Source: Gammaproteobacteria bacterium (GTDB lineage Bacteria; Pseudomonadota; Gammaproteobacteria; JACCXJ01). From it: DNA of 58,470 nucleotides. Location of the stretch: positions 1 to 58,470 of the forward strand of contig JBOIDL010000002.1 in NCBI GenBank assembly GCA_050740435.1, read 5' to 3'. Numbering within the stretch: position 1 is the first letter of the stretch; every line of letters begins with the position of its first letter. Positions 14,785 through 23,569 of the stretch are shown here, one piece after another. The notes below the pieces were generated by a model that was not told the DNA's origin, ran no database searches, and was given only the letters and a program-made list of their open reading frames with translations. The translations under genes and the position numbers were made by a program.

Positions 14785-17718
14785 ATGCGGAGCGATCTTA
14801 GTTTAGAGTGCCACCCAGAACGAAAAGTGCCTACCGATCATCGGGCGCATGTTCGATCGCAGAATAGTCTGCGCCGGGTAAAGCCGCTTCGTTCGATTCT
14901 TGTTGTGCTCCTCGTCGGGTGCGTCGCTTTCACGCGACCTGCGATGAGCCAATCAACGGGGCTTTTGGGGGCCTATTCCTTTGACGAGGGCGTTGGTTCA
15001 ATCGCTGGCGACGCATCCGGTAATTCACACACCGGTACCGTCACGGGGGCGACCTGGACCACAGTGGGAAAGTATGGCGGTACACTTAATTTCGACGGGA
15101 CAAACGACCTTGTTACCGTCGCTGATTCCGCCGCTTTGGATCTTACAACCGGGATGACACTATCGGCTTGGGTGCATCCTACGGCCTTGAGTACCTGGCG
15201 GACGGTGCTACTCAAGGAACGCAGTGGAGGGCTCGTCTATGCACTTTACGCGAGTGACCAAGCCTCTCACCCGAACACCTACGTCAATATAGGTGGTTCT
15301 GATTTGGGGTCGACTGGTCCGACCGCGCTGACGCTCAACGGGTGGAGTAATCTCGCGGCTACCTACGACGGGTCAGTCCTACGCGTTTATATCAATGGCG
15401 TGCAGGTCAGCAGTCGGCCTGTGGCGGGTAGCCTTCTTTCCTCCACGGGAGCGCTTCGCATTGGCGGTAACAGTGTTTGGGGGGAATATTTCCAAGGCCT
15501 TATCGACGAAGTACGAATTTATGACCGCGCCTTGGCAGCGACCGAAATCCAAGCGGATATGGTCAGGCCAATAGGCTTGGCGCCGCCCCCACCGCCTCCG
15601 CCGGGCGGATCTACCGTCGGTCAGTGGTCGGATCCTGTTGAATTAGGGATGGTTGCGGTCAATATGGTGCAGCTCCATACGGGGAAGATTCTAATGTACC
15701 GCGGCGAAAATAGCGGTGGCACATCGGCCACGTTGTGGGACCCGCTTACGGGAGCGTTTAAAGCTGCCCCGGCTCCTTATAATGTCTTCTGTTCGGGCCA
15801 TTCGTCACTTGCCGATGGCCGTATCTTAGTAGTCGGCGGTCACGATAATGCCGGAGGAATTCTTGGCGCGAACGAATCGGCGATTTTCGATCCTATGACC
15901 GAGGCTTGGACATCGACGCCATCCATGGCTTACAGGCGGTGGTACCCAAGTGCCACGACCCTACCGGATGGTCGTGTGTTAGCAACCTCCGGTGGCACGA
16001 CGTGTTTTGATTGTTACGCAGACGTTCCCGAAATTTATAACCCACAAACGAATTTGTGGACGCAGCTTACCGGGGCCAAGCTAGGGTTCCCGTATTACCC
16101 GTTTATTTTCGTATTGCCGGATGGACGCATTTTAAATGCGGGGGCTGGCGAGCTGCCCGCACCAACGCGCATTTTGGACCTGGTAAGTCAACGGTGGACA
16201 ACGGTAGATGATGCGCTTATCGACGGGGGCAGCGCCGTGATGTACCGGCCAGGGAAAGTGCTCAAAGCGGGAACCGCGGCAACGACAGATGTATCCAACG
16301 ACGCGACTGCGGCTACGACGCACGTGCTCGACATGACTGCGCAATCGCCAGCATGGCGGCAGACGGCGTCCATGGCCTTCCCACGGGCGTACCACACACT
16401 GAGTGTCCTGCCTGACGGGAATGTCTTGGTAACTGGCGGGGGTGTGACCACGGAAGGCAAGGATGTGTCGGCCGCTGTGTATGAAGCGGAGCTTTGGTCG
16501 CCCACCACCGAAACATGGCAGACGATGGCGGCGATGCAGAGCCCGAGACTGTATCATTCGACAGCCCTCCTTCTTCCGGATGGTCGCGTAGTTGTCGCGG
16601 GTAGCGGTGACAGTTATGGTGGGCCGAACCAAACGACGGCCGAATTTTATTCGCCCCCATACCTTTTTAAGGGGGACCGGCCCGTAATTGCATCGGCCCC
16701 TTCACAGGTCGCTTATGCCGACGGATTTACAGTAAGTCTCGTCGATACCTCGACGATTAAGTCGGTGGCACTGGTGCGGCCCGGGGCCGTTACGCACCAA
16801 TTCGACGAGAATCAGCGCTATCTGAGCCTCGGGTTTCAGCAGAACGCTAACACCTTGAGCGTGGACGCGCCCGGAAACGGAAACCTTGCTCCGCCCGGCT
16901 ACTATATGCTTTTCGTGCTGAACGAGGCTGGCGTGCCGTCGGTAGCGTCTTGGATCCGGATGCTGCCGGCAACGGCGGATACAACGCCTCCCGAGCAGCC
17001 TTCTGGCCTTACCGGTACATCGTCCAATTCCGGTGTGTTCCTCAATTGGACCGCCAATACGGAAGCAGATCTTGCGGGCTACGATGTGTATCGGGGACCG
17101 AACGGCAGTGGATCGTTTACGCGTTTAAATAATGCTCTTGTTACCAACGCACAGTTCGACGATACGCTCGCGCCAAATGGGATCCTTGACTACACTGTGA
17201 CAGCAGTGGATAGGGACGGGAACGAATCCCCACAGGCAACACCGGCGGTCACTGTTACGATGGCAAAGACGAATCGCGTTTTGAATCCTGGATTTGAGCT
17301 GGATGCGAATAATAACACCCAGCCTGATAACTGGAGCGCAAGCACCCGGTTCACGCACAGTAACGTGTTGGCACGCAGCGGTACATACAGTGGCCGGCAT
17401 CTCGCCACGAACAATCCGAACTACACGATTACCCAGGTCGTGACTGGTTTGACCGCAACGACGTACACCTTTGCAGGCTGGGTAAACATACCCGCCACAG
17501 CGGATGCGTTCACTTTGACAGTTCGCGTGCGGTGGCGTAACGCCTCCAATGCAATACTTAGGAGGGACAACGTCAAGGTTTATACGGCATCCACGTCCAA
17601 GTGGGATAAAGCGCTACGGAATATGGTAGCGCCCAGCGGGACATCCAACGCCCAGGTGCAGATGGTGGTCAGCAGCCTCAACGCCACCATCTACGTCGAT
17701 GATTTCGCCCTGCGGTGA
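14785..17718 (+). CDS. secreted LamG + galactose-oxidase/glyoxal-oxidase-type copper radical oxidase (kelch propeller + DUF1929) + FN3 + CBM4_9-like
   Basis: ATG at 14785 with GAGAGG at 14774-14779. N-terminal hydrophobic signal: [18 protein letters not shown]. LamG/Laminin_G_3: GNSHTGTV...[10 protein letters not shown]...[27 protein letters not shown]. Poly-Pro linker. Oxidase motifs: FCSGHS (Cys336, tgt 15790-15792), RRWYPSA (Tyr387, 15943-15945), PRLYHST (Tyr590-His591, 16552-16557) and [12 protein letters not shown] (His671, 16795-16797). The C-terminal 150 aa are close to the C-terminus of the 3235-10170 protein. Confidence 0.85.
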   Translation: MRSDLSLECHPERKVPTDHRAHVRSQNSLRRVKPLRSILVVLLVGCVAFTRPAMSQSTGLLGAYSFDEGVGSIAGDASGNSHTGTVTGATWTTVGKYGGTLNFDGTNDLVTVADSAALDLTTGMTLSAWVHPTALSTWRTVLLKERSGGLVYALYASDQASHPNTYVNIGGSDLGSTGPTALTLNGWSNLAATYDGSVLRVYINGVQVSSRPVAGSLLSSTGALRIGGNSVWGEYFQGLIDEVRIYDRALAATEIQADMVRPIGLAPPPPPPPGGSTVGQWSDPVELGMVAVNMVQLHTGKILMYRGENSGGTSATLWDPLTGAFKAAPAPYNVFCSGHSSLADGRILVVGGHDNAGGILGANESAIFDPMTEAWTSTPSMAYRRWYPSATTLPDGRVLATSGGTTCFDCYADVPEIYNPQTNLWTQLTGAKLGFPYYPFIFVLPDGRILNAGAGELPAPTRILDLVSQRWTTVDDALIDGGSAVMYRPGKVLKAGTAATTDVSNDATAATTHVLDMTAQSPAWRQTASMAFPRAYHTLSVLPDGNVLVTGGGVTTEGKDVSAAVYEAELWSPTTETWQTMAAMQSPRLYHSTALLLPDGRVVVAGSGDSYGGPNQTTAEFYSPPYLFKGDRPVIASAPSQVAYADGFTVSLVDTSTIKSVALVRPGAVTHQFDENQRYLSLGFQQNANTLSVDAPGNGNLAPPGYYMLFVLNEAGVPSVASWIRMLPATADTTPPEQPSGLTGTSSNSGVFLNWTANTEADLAGYDVYRGPNGSGSFTRLNNALVTNAQFDDTLAPNGILDYTVTAVDRDGNESPQATPAVTVTMAKTNRVLNPGFELDANNNTQPDNWSASTRFTHSNVLARSGTYSGRHLATNNPNYTITQVVTGLTATTYTFAGWVNIPATADAFTLTVRVRWRNASNAILRRDNVKVYTASTSKWDKALRNMVAPSGTSNAQVQMVVSSLNATIYVDDFALR

Positions 17719-17771
17719 TCTATGCGCGTAAGATCAGGAATACAAGTACCTGGCCCGTCAGCTCTGTACCA

Positions 17772-18257
17772 ATGATCGCACACGACGTTCAGCTCGGCGA
17801 AGGTGTCGTGATACATCATCCCGATCTTGTGAACCTGTACGGCTGCCGAATCGGACCGGGGACGAAGATCGGCAGTTTTGTCGAGATACAAAAAGGCGCG
17901 TCTGTCGGCGCTAGATGCAAGATATCTAGTCACACCTTCATTTGCGCGGGCGTAGACATCGAAGACGGGGTATTTATCGGCCATGGTGTCATGTTTACCA
18001 ATGATATCTATCCACGGGCCGTTAATCCCGGGGGTGGCCTACTAACGGACGCCGATTGGGAAGTGATTCGTACACGAATAAAGACACATGCTGCGATAGG
18101 TAGCAATGCCACTATTCTGGCTGGGGTTACCATAGGAGAAGGATCTCTCGTGGGCGCCGGCGCAGTTGTCACCCGCGATGTGCCAGATCATGCCATCGTA
18201 GCCGGTGTACCCGCGAAGGTCATTGGCGATACTCGAAAAACCAAGCAGCTCGCATGA
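17772..18257 (+). CDS. hexapeptide-repeat (left-handed beta-helix) sugar N-acetyltransferase, WbpD/WlbB-like
   Basis: The ORF track gives 17715-18257; I trimmed it to the ATG at 17772. Repeated [LIV]-G-x-x-x-x hexads are present ([48 protein letters not shown]), and the C-terminus is [10 protein letters not shown]. It is adjacent to the Gfo/Idh/MocA and DegT genes. Confidence 0.8.
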   Translation: MIAHDVQLGEGVVIHHPDLVNLYGCRIGPGTKIGSFVEIQKGASVGARCKISSHTFICAGVDIEDGVFIGHGVMFTNDIYPRAVNPGGGLLTDADWEVIRTRIKTHAAIGSNATILAGVTIGEGSLVGAGAVVTRDVPDHAIVAGVPAKVIGDTRKTKQLA

Positions 18258-18377
18258 GTTTGTCCATGTTTTCGCGTTGCCGTTTAACGAAATATGTAAT
18301 CTCGAGGTCCGGCCAGTACGACACGGAATACCTCGTGTCGCGTCTTTACTGGTAGGTAATCTTGATCCCTTAGTTTT

Positions 18378-18526
18378 TAGGGAAGCTCTGCAAAAGTTAC
18401 TGCGCGGCCCATCTGCTTTGTCGCGTGCTCGCTCGTCGCTCGCCTATCTACCTGATATGTCTCGCGACTCGCTCCGCGGCTTCGCGCATCTGGGCTTGCT
18501 CGCAAGACTTTTGCAGAGCTTCCTTA
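18378..18526 (+). mobile_element. 149-bp MITE-like repeat element, copy 1
   Basis: It is bounded by 19-nt terminal inverted repeats, TAGGGAAGCTCTGCAAAAG (18378-18396) and CTTTTGCAGAGCTTCCTTA (18508-18526), with 1 mismatch between the arms. A second copy at 57909-58057 in the opposite orientation differs at 6 of 149 positions by hand alignment. Confidence 0.85.
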
Positions 18527-18847
18527 GCTAGTTTGTGCTAACCGAGCGGCACGAATCATTCGTCGCTGTTCCACGACACTCAATTCGTTTTCGGATCGGT
18601 TAGCAGAGCTACAAACCTTGCGCCCCGCCTTTGCGCGAGCTTCTACCGGTCTCTCGACCCGCGGTATATTTCGTCGGCGACTTAGAATAAGCAGCAGCTT
18701 CCGAGGATCTTTAGGCGCGAAGAAGAACGGCATGATTAGTGCCCCTGCTGCTAGAACTCTAGAACTCATGATCGTGGGAATGCCCAGTGAAGGAGTGAGG
18801 ATACACAAGATCTGGTAACGATTTTTGTTTATTTAAAGGAATTGCTC

Positions 18848-19918
18848 ATGATTAAGATCGGATTCATAGGGTATGGGTATTGGGGTCCAAACCTAGTTCG
18901 CAACTTTATGGAAGTATCGGATGCCAAAGTTGTTGCCGTAAGTGATCTCGATGAGCGAAGACTAGAGTTGGTGAAAGCGCGATATCCAACTGTTGAGATC
19001 ACCTCTGACTATCGAGATCTGTTATCGAATCCTGAAATCGATGCGATTGTTATTGCGACACCGGTATCCAGTCATTTTGAGTTGGCCTCACGGGCGCTGA
19101 CCGCTGGAAAACACGTGTTTATTGAAAAGCCGCTTACGGAAACCGCTGAACAGGGGGCCAGCCTTGTCGCAGAGGCCAAGAAGTGCAATCTGCTGCTGCA
19201 TGTCGACCATACATTTGTTTACACAAGCGCTGTCCGAAAGATTCACCAACTTGTCACGAATGGTGAACTAGGAGACCTGTATTATTATGATTCGACCAGG
19301 ATTAACCTCGGCTTGTTTCGATCCGATGTTGATGTGATCTGGGACCTGGCAGTTCATGACCTTTCAATCATTGATTACATATTTCCTTTGAAACCAATTG
19401 CAGTCTCGGCGACTGGGGTAAACCACGTTTCGGGAACGCTCGCGAATACCGCTTACTTGACCTTGTTTTTTGACGGCAATGCGATCGCTCATATACACGT
19501 GAATTGGTTGGCACCGGTGAAAGTGCGTCGAACACTTATCGGTGGAAGCCAAAAGATGATCGTTTACGATGACCTGGAACCCAGTGAGAAGATAAAAGTG
19601 TACGACAAAGGGATTACTGTCAACGGCAGCAAGGAAGCGCTCTATAACACGATGGTAGGGTATCGGACGGGCGATATGTGGGCGCCTCAGCTAGAGATCA
19701 CTGAGGCACTCCGAGTCGAAGGGCAACACTTCGTTCGCTGTATCAGTCGAGGCGAAACCTCGATCAGCGATGGGAACGCGGGGGTTAGGGTCGTGCGCGT
19801 CTTGGAAGCGGCAACCCGTTCCATGAATGAACGCGGGCGACCGGTGGAAATAGGTGGAATCCCCGGGGTTTTGCGGCGGCGGACCGTGTCAAGGAGTTTC
19901 AGACCCCAGGCTGCATAA
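18848..19918 (+). CDS. Gfo/Idh/MocA-family NAD-dependent sugar oxidoreductase, WbpB/WlbA-like
   Basis: ATG at 18848 with AAGGA 7 nt upstream. The N-terminal Rossmann motif is IKIGFIGYGYWGPNLVRNF, with EKPL further on. Length and context match the 3-dehydrogenases that precede DegT aminotransferases. Confidence 0.85.
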   Translation: MIKIGFIGYGYWGPNLVRNFMEVSDAKVVAVSDLDERRLELVKARYPTVEITSDYRDLLSNPEIDAIVIATPVSSHFELASRALTAGKHVFIEKPLTETAEQGASLVAEAKKCNLLLHVDHTFVYTSAVRKIHQLVTNGELGDLYYYDSTRINLGLFRSDVDVIWDLAVHDLSIIDYIFPLKPIAVSATGVNHVSGTLANTAYLTLFFDGNAIAHIHVNWLAPVKVRRTLIGGSQKMIVYDDLEPSEKIKVYDKGITVNGSKEALYNTMVGYRTGDMWAPQLEITEALRVEGQHFVRCISRGETSISDGNAGVRVVRVLEAATRSMNERGRPVEIGGIPGVLRRRTVSRSFRPQAA

Positions 19919-20035
19919 AATTACTGTCGAAGGAGCGGAAGTTACGGTTGTGTTGATCTCCTCCGTGGTCGCTGGATGGGTTTACATTCCCGGTGCCGCG
20001 AAATACGAAATGAGTTCTAAAGAAGGGTTAAACGC

Positions 20036-21136
20036 GTGATTCCATTTATTGATCTTAAGGCGCAGTACGAGAGTATTCAGGAGGAGGTCCTGGCCGCCGT
20101 CGGGGCATCGTTGGCAAGCACTGAGTATACGCTCGGCCGGGAGGTGGCGGCCTTCGAAGAGGAGTATGCAGCCTATTGCGGGGGTAAGTACGGTATCGGA
20201 GTCAATTCCGGAACCAGCGCATTGCATTTGGCGCTCCTAGCTGCGGGAGTCGGGCCGGGAACCGAGGTCGTTACCGTTTCCTGTACCTTCGTGGCCACGG
20301 TGGCCGCCATCGACTATGCCGGCGGCCGCCCGGTGTTCGTGGACGTCGATTCGCAAACACTGAATATGGATCCTGGCCAGGTGGAAGCGGCAATTACCGA
20401 ACGCACGAAGGCTATCCTGCCGGTACATCTGCATGGGCAGCCGGCCGACTTAGATCCGATTATAGAGATTGCCCGACGCCATAAGCTCGTGGTTATCGAG
20501 GATGCTGCTCAGGCCCACGCTGCAGAATACAAAGGCCATCGGATCGGCTCGATCGGCGATCTCGGGTGCTTTAGTTTTTATCCGGGTAAGAATCTAGGCG
20601 CGTATGGAGAGGCCGGAATCGTCGTAACGAATAATAGGCAGTATGCAGCTACCATTAGGATGTTGCGAGATTGGGGACAGGAGCGCAAATATCACCATGT
20701 GATAAAGGGCTATAACTATCGGATGGAAGGTGTCCAAGGGGCCATCTTGCGAGTAAAGCTGCGTCATCTAGAGGCCTGGACCGATGCTCGCCGTCAACAC
20801 GCTACTTTTTATAACGAAGCCCTGCAAGGCACGGATCTTCATACGCCTATCGAGGCGCCCTATGCTAAGCATGTGTATCACGTGTATGCGGTGCGCACAC
20901 CCAAACGCGACCGCGTGCAGCAGTTTCTTCAGGCAAAGAATATATCGACAGGTATCCATTACCCGATTCCTGTGCATCTGCAGAAAGCCTATATGGAGCT
21001 TGGTTACAAGGCTGGCGATTTACCGGTAACGGAGACAGCTGCGGACGAACTATTGTCCCTGCCGATGTTTCCGGAGTTACGGAAGGGCCAAATCGAAGCG
21101 GTCTGCGCCGCTGTCGCGCATTCCGTGGGCAGATGA
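20036..21136 (+). CDS. DegT/DnrJ/EryC1/StrS-family PLP-dependent sugar aminotransferase, WbpE/WlbC-like
   Basis: IPFIDLKAQYESIQEE...GVNSGTSALHLAL...HLHGQPADLD...FSFYPGKNLGAYGEAG (PLP-lysine region)...NYRMEGVQGAIL. GTG start at 20036. Confidence 0.9.
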   Translation: MIPFIDLKAQYESIQEEVLAAVGASLASTEYTLGREVAAFEEEYAAYCGGKYGIGVNSGTSALHLALLAAGVGPGTEVVTVSCTFVATVAAIDYAGGRPVFVDVDSQTLNMDPGQVEAAITERTKAILPVHLHGQPADLDPIIEIARRHKLVVIEDAAQAHAAEYKGHRIGSIGDLGCFSFYPGKNLGAYGEAGIVVTNNRQYAATIRMLRDWGQERKYHHVIKGYNYRMEGVQGAILRVKLRHLEAWTDARRQHATFYNEALQGTDLHTPIEAPYAKHVYHVYAVRTPKRDRVQQFLQAKNISTGIHYPIPVHLQKAYMELGYKAGDLPVTETAADELLSLPMFPELRKGQIEAVCAAVAHSVGR

Positions 21137-21306
21137 GCATGATAGCGGCGAACCCATTGCGTGCTGGAAACCCGCATTCATCAGTGCCGCTGAAAATGTA
21201 CGTGGTATTTGCCTTGAAATATTTAGAGAGAATTGGCGCGCGCGGCAAGCCCTTGAGTAATCGACAATAGCCTGATGCTATCGCTACCCGTTTAGTGTGT
21301 ATAAGC

Positions 21307-21930
21307 ATGGCTAAAGCACCGATACTAGTTCTGGGTTTTGGAGGGAATGCTATTGATGCCATAGATACAATCGAAAGTAGCTATGAGATCATTGGGTTTA
21401 TTGATGATGACTCAGAACGGCAGCAACCTGTTTTTGGTGATATACCAATATATTCGCGCCAAATCTTGGAGAAACATAAAGACACCAAAGTAATAACGCT
21501 GATCGGTTCGGATGCTACCATCCGGGCCCGCAGGAACATTATTAACAGCTTTAATGTGCCTCGTTCGCGCTTCGCTACCATCATCCATCCGGCCGCCATC
21601 GTTTCGAAACGTACAACCCTCGGTCATGATGTGATCGTTTTTGCGGGCGCGGTCATAGCCGCAAATGTAATAATCGGTAATCACATTTTTGTGCTACCAA
21701 ACTCAGTGATCCACCACGACGTATGTATTGGTGACTTCACCCTAATAGGAGCTAACGTCACCATCGCGGGTCATGTTTCGGTTGGTGAGAGCTGCTATCT
21801 TGGCAGCGCGAGCTCAATCCGAAACAACATAAGCATAGGGGAGGGCAGCATTATTGGAATGGCTGCCAATGTGGTCCATTCAGTTGCTCCCGGTTCAACG
21901 ATGATCGGTAATCCGGCGAGAGCTAAATGA
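21307..21930 (+). CDS. NeuD/PglD-family sugar acetyltransferase (Rossmann-like N-domain + hexapeptide beta-helix)
   Basis: I trimmed it to the ATG at 21307. The N-terminus is ILVLGFGGNAIDAIDTIE...IIGFIDDD. The C-terminal half consists of hexapeptide repeats (IGNHIFVLPNSVIHHDVCIGDFTLIGANVTIAGHVSVGESCYLGSASSI). Confidence 0.75.
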   Translation: MAKAPILVLGFGGNAIDAIDTIESSYEIIGFIDDDSERQQPVFGDIPIYSRQILEKHKDTKVITLIGSDATIRARRNIINSFNVPRSRFATIIHPAAIVSKRTTLGHDVIVFAGAVIAANVIIGNHIFVLPNSVIHHDVCIGDFTLIGANVTIAGHVSVGESCYLGSASSIRNNISIGEGSIIGMAANVVHSVAPGSTMIGNPARAK

Positions 21931-22026
21931 GAACATATGGTTACCGCCTACTAGATGGTGTGACTGAGAATACGGCACTTAGTTGACCAAGGTCGCCAGA
22001 AGATACCGTTAACAAAGAGACTATTT

Positions 22027-23430
22027 ATGTCCGCAGAGGAACTAGAAAGATATAGGTACAGCTGGCCGTACTTCAACCCGGCTGAGGATGCGCGCTGGAA
22101 CAAAACCTGTAATGGGGCTTATGTGCGCCACCTTCCTGAGGATAAGGAAGATCTCGCGCTGGACAGCCGTTGGCCGGGCTTCTTTCCGTCAGCAGTTTGT
22201 TTTGTTAGCACTGCGGATGGGGACAATACCACCCTTGAGAAGGTCGTCGGGGCGTCTATTGTTAACCGCTTTCCCTATGTAATGGCTCTTAGTTTCTGCA
22301 CGCAAGCGTTGTCGGAACGTCATTATGCGCGTACCCGTTTTACGCAAATACTGGAAAAAGGTGGAGTAGTTGCTGTTCAGTATTTCGAACCGGGTTTGCA
22401 TATAGATGCGGCGATGGCCTCCATCGACCAGGTACCTGATGGCGAGGCGGAGAAGCGCATTCGTCATTCGAGGCTACCTGTTCGTAAGGCCATAACGAAC
22501 GATTCGCCGGTTTTTGAGTCTGCATACATGGTCTATGAGGCACGTCTGGTCAGAGCCGGTAGGGATTTTACTGGAGCCTCAATTTACGAAAGACCTTATA
22601 CTGATTTTGGCAGCCATCGCATCTACTATTTCGAGATCGAAGCCATACAGCTGCGAGAAGATATCTCGAGAGGCGATGCCCATATTTACTGGCAAGCCCT
22701 ACCAACCTGGTCGCCCACGAATGGACTTCAGGACATTAATGTACACGAGTCGCGGCCTCAGATAAAAGGGAAGTACCAAAAGGGTTATTCGCCCAAATAT
22801 CGTTTCCCGTCAGAGAATACAGTCACATTTGAATACGACCGGATCGAAAACGGTATGGCGGTAAAGTTTCTGCCGCCGTTACCGGAAGACCAAGTAGAAG
22901 TGGATAATGACCGTGCCCGCTGGCCCTGTTTTTTTCCTTCCTCCGCAGGGATGATCGCTACTTTGGACTCAAGTGGTGTGCCTAACTTGATGCCCTGTGG
23001 TTCGACCACGATGCTTGTTCGCCAACCGCTTTGCATAGGTATTTGTGTGTCCTATGCAGAAATCAATATCCGTTATGCCCCCCGTGGCTCGCTGCGTGCT
23101 CTGAATGATTCGAAACGGTTTGGCTGCGGAGTGCCTTTCATCAACGATACGATTGTCGACGCAATGAGGTACGCGGGGAACATATCCATTGCTCAGGACA
23201 AAGACAAGATACAGCATGCTGGTCTTCAAGTTGAAGCGAATGAGTGGTCGCCTGTGTTTCCGGCCCTGCCAATTCACTTTTTCTGCGACGTGGTGAGAGT
23301 AATTCGCTTGGGAACGCACTTCCTGTATTTGGGAAAAGTAAGTGCTCTTAGAATCCGAGAGGACGTGAATATAGATAATCCCTTGCGGTGGTATCCTTAT
23401 CCTGATGTGATCAAGAGCACGTTAGTGTGA
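22027..23430 (+). CDS. hypothetical protein, probable tandem flavin-reductase-like (FMN-binding split-barrel) domains
   Basis: 467-aa ORF in an AT-richer stretch. It has two internally similar halves, each with RWP.FFPS....(ST)..D.....(LM) near its start and (G)(ST)H..Y...(V/I)......RED near its end. Those motifs resemble the Flavin_Reduct fold. No other motif was recognised. Confidence 0.5.
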   Translation: MSAEELERYRYSWPYFNPAEDARWNKTCNGAYVRHLPEDKEDLALDSRWPGFFPSAVCFVSTADGDNTTLEKVVGASIVNRFPYVMALSFCTQALSERHYARTRFTQILEKGGVVAVQYFEPGLHIDAAMASIDQVPDGEAEKRIRHSRLPVRKAITNDSPVFESAYMVYEARLVRAGRDFTGASIYERPYTDFGSHRIYYFEIEAIQLREDISRGDAHIYWQALPTWSPTNGLQDINVHESRPQIKGKYQKGYSPKYRFPSENTVTFEYDRIENGMAVKFLPPLPEDQVEVDNDRARWPCFFPSSAGMIATLDSSGVPNLMPCGSTTMLVRQPLCIGICVSYAEINIRYAPRGSLRALNDSKRFGCGVPFINDTIVDAMRYAGNISIAQDKDKIQHAGLQVEANEWSPVFPALPIHFFCDVVRVIRLGTHFLYLGKVSALRIREDVNIDNPLRWYPYPDVIKSTLV

Positions 23431-23569
23431 AGCTTAACAACTCAATAGCCTTGTGGACGAAAGGCGGATGACGTTTGTGAGAGCTCAAGAACTTCGTGAC
23501 AAGGGTGAAAGTACTGATCACCGCTCGAAACCTCGGAATCAACCGTTGGCAAAATGGTAGAAGAAGAAC

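Noticed and set aside
18205-18531. ORFs 18205-18531 (+) and 57785-58018 (-) sharing the peptide SRDSLRGFAHLGLLA.LLQSFL
   Set aside because: The shared peptide is simply the translation of the two copies of the 149-bp MITE-like repeat. There is no independent coding evidence.
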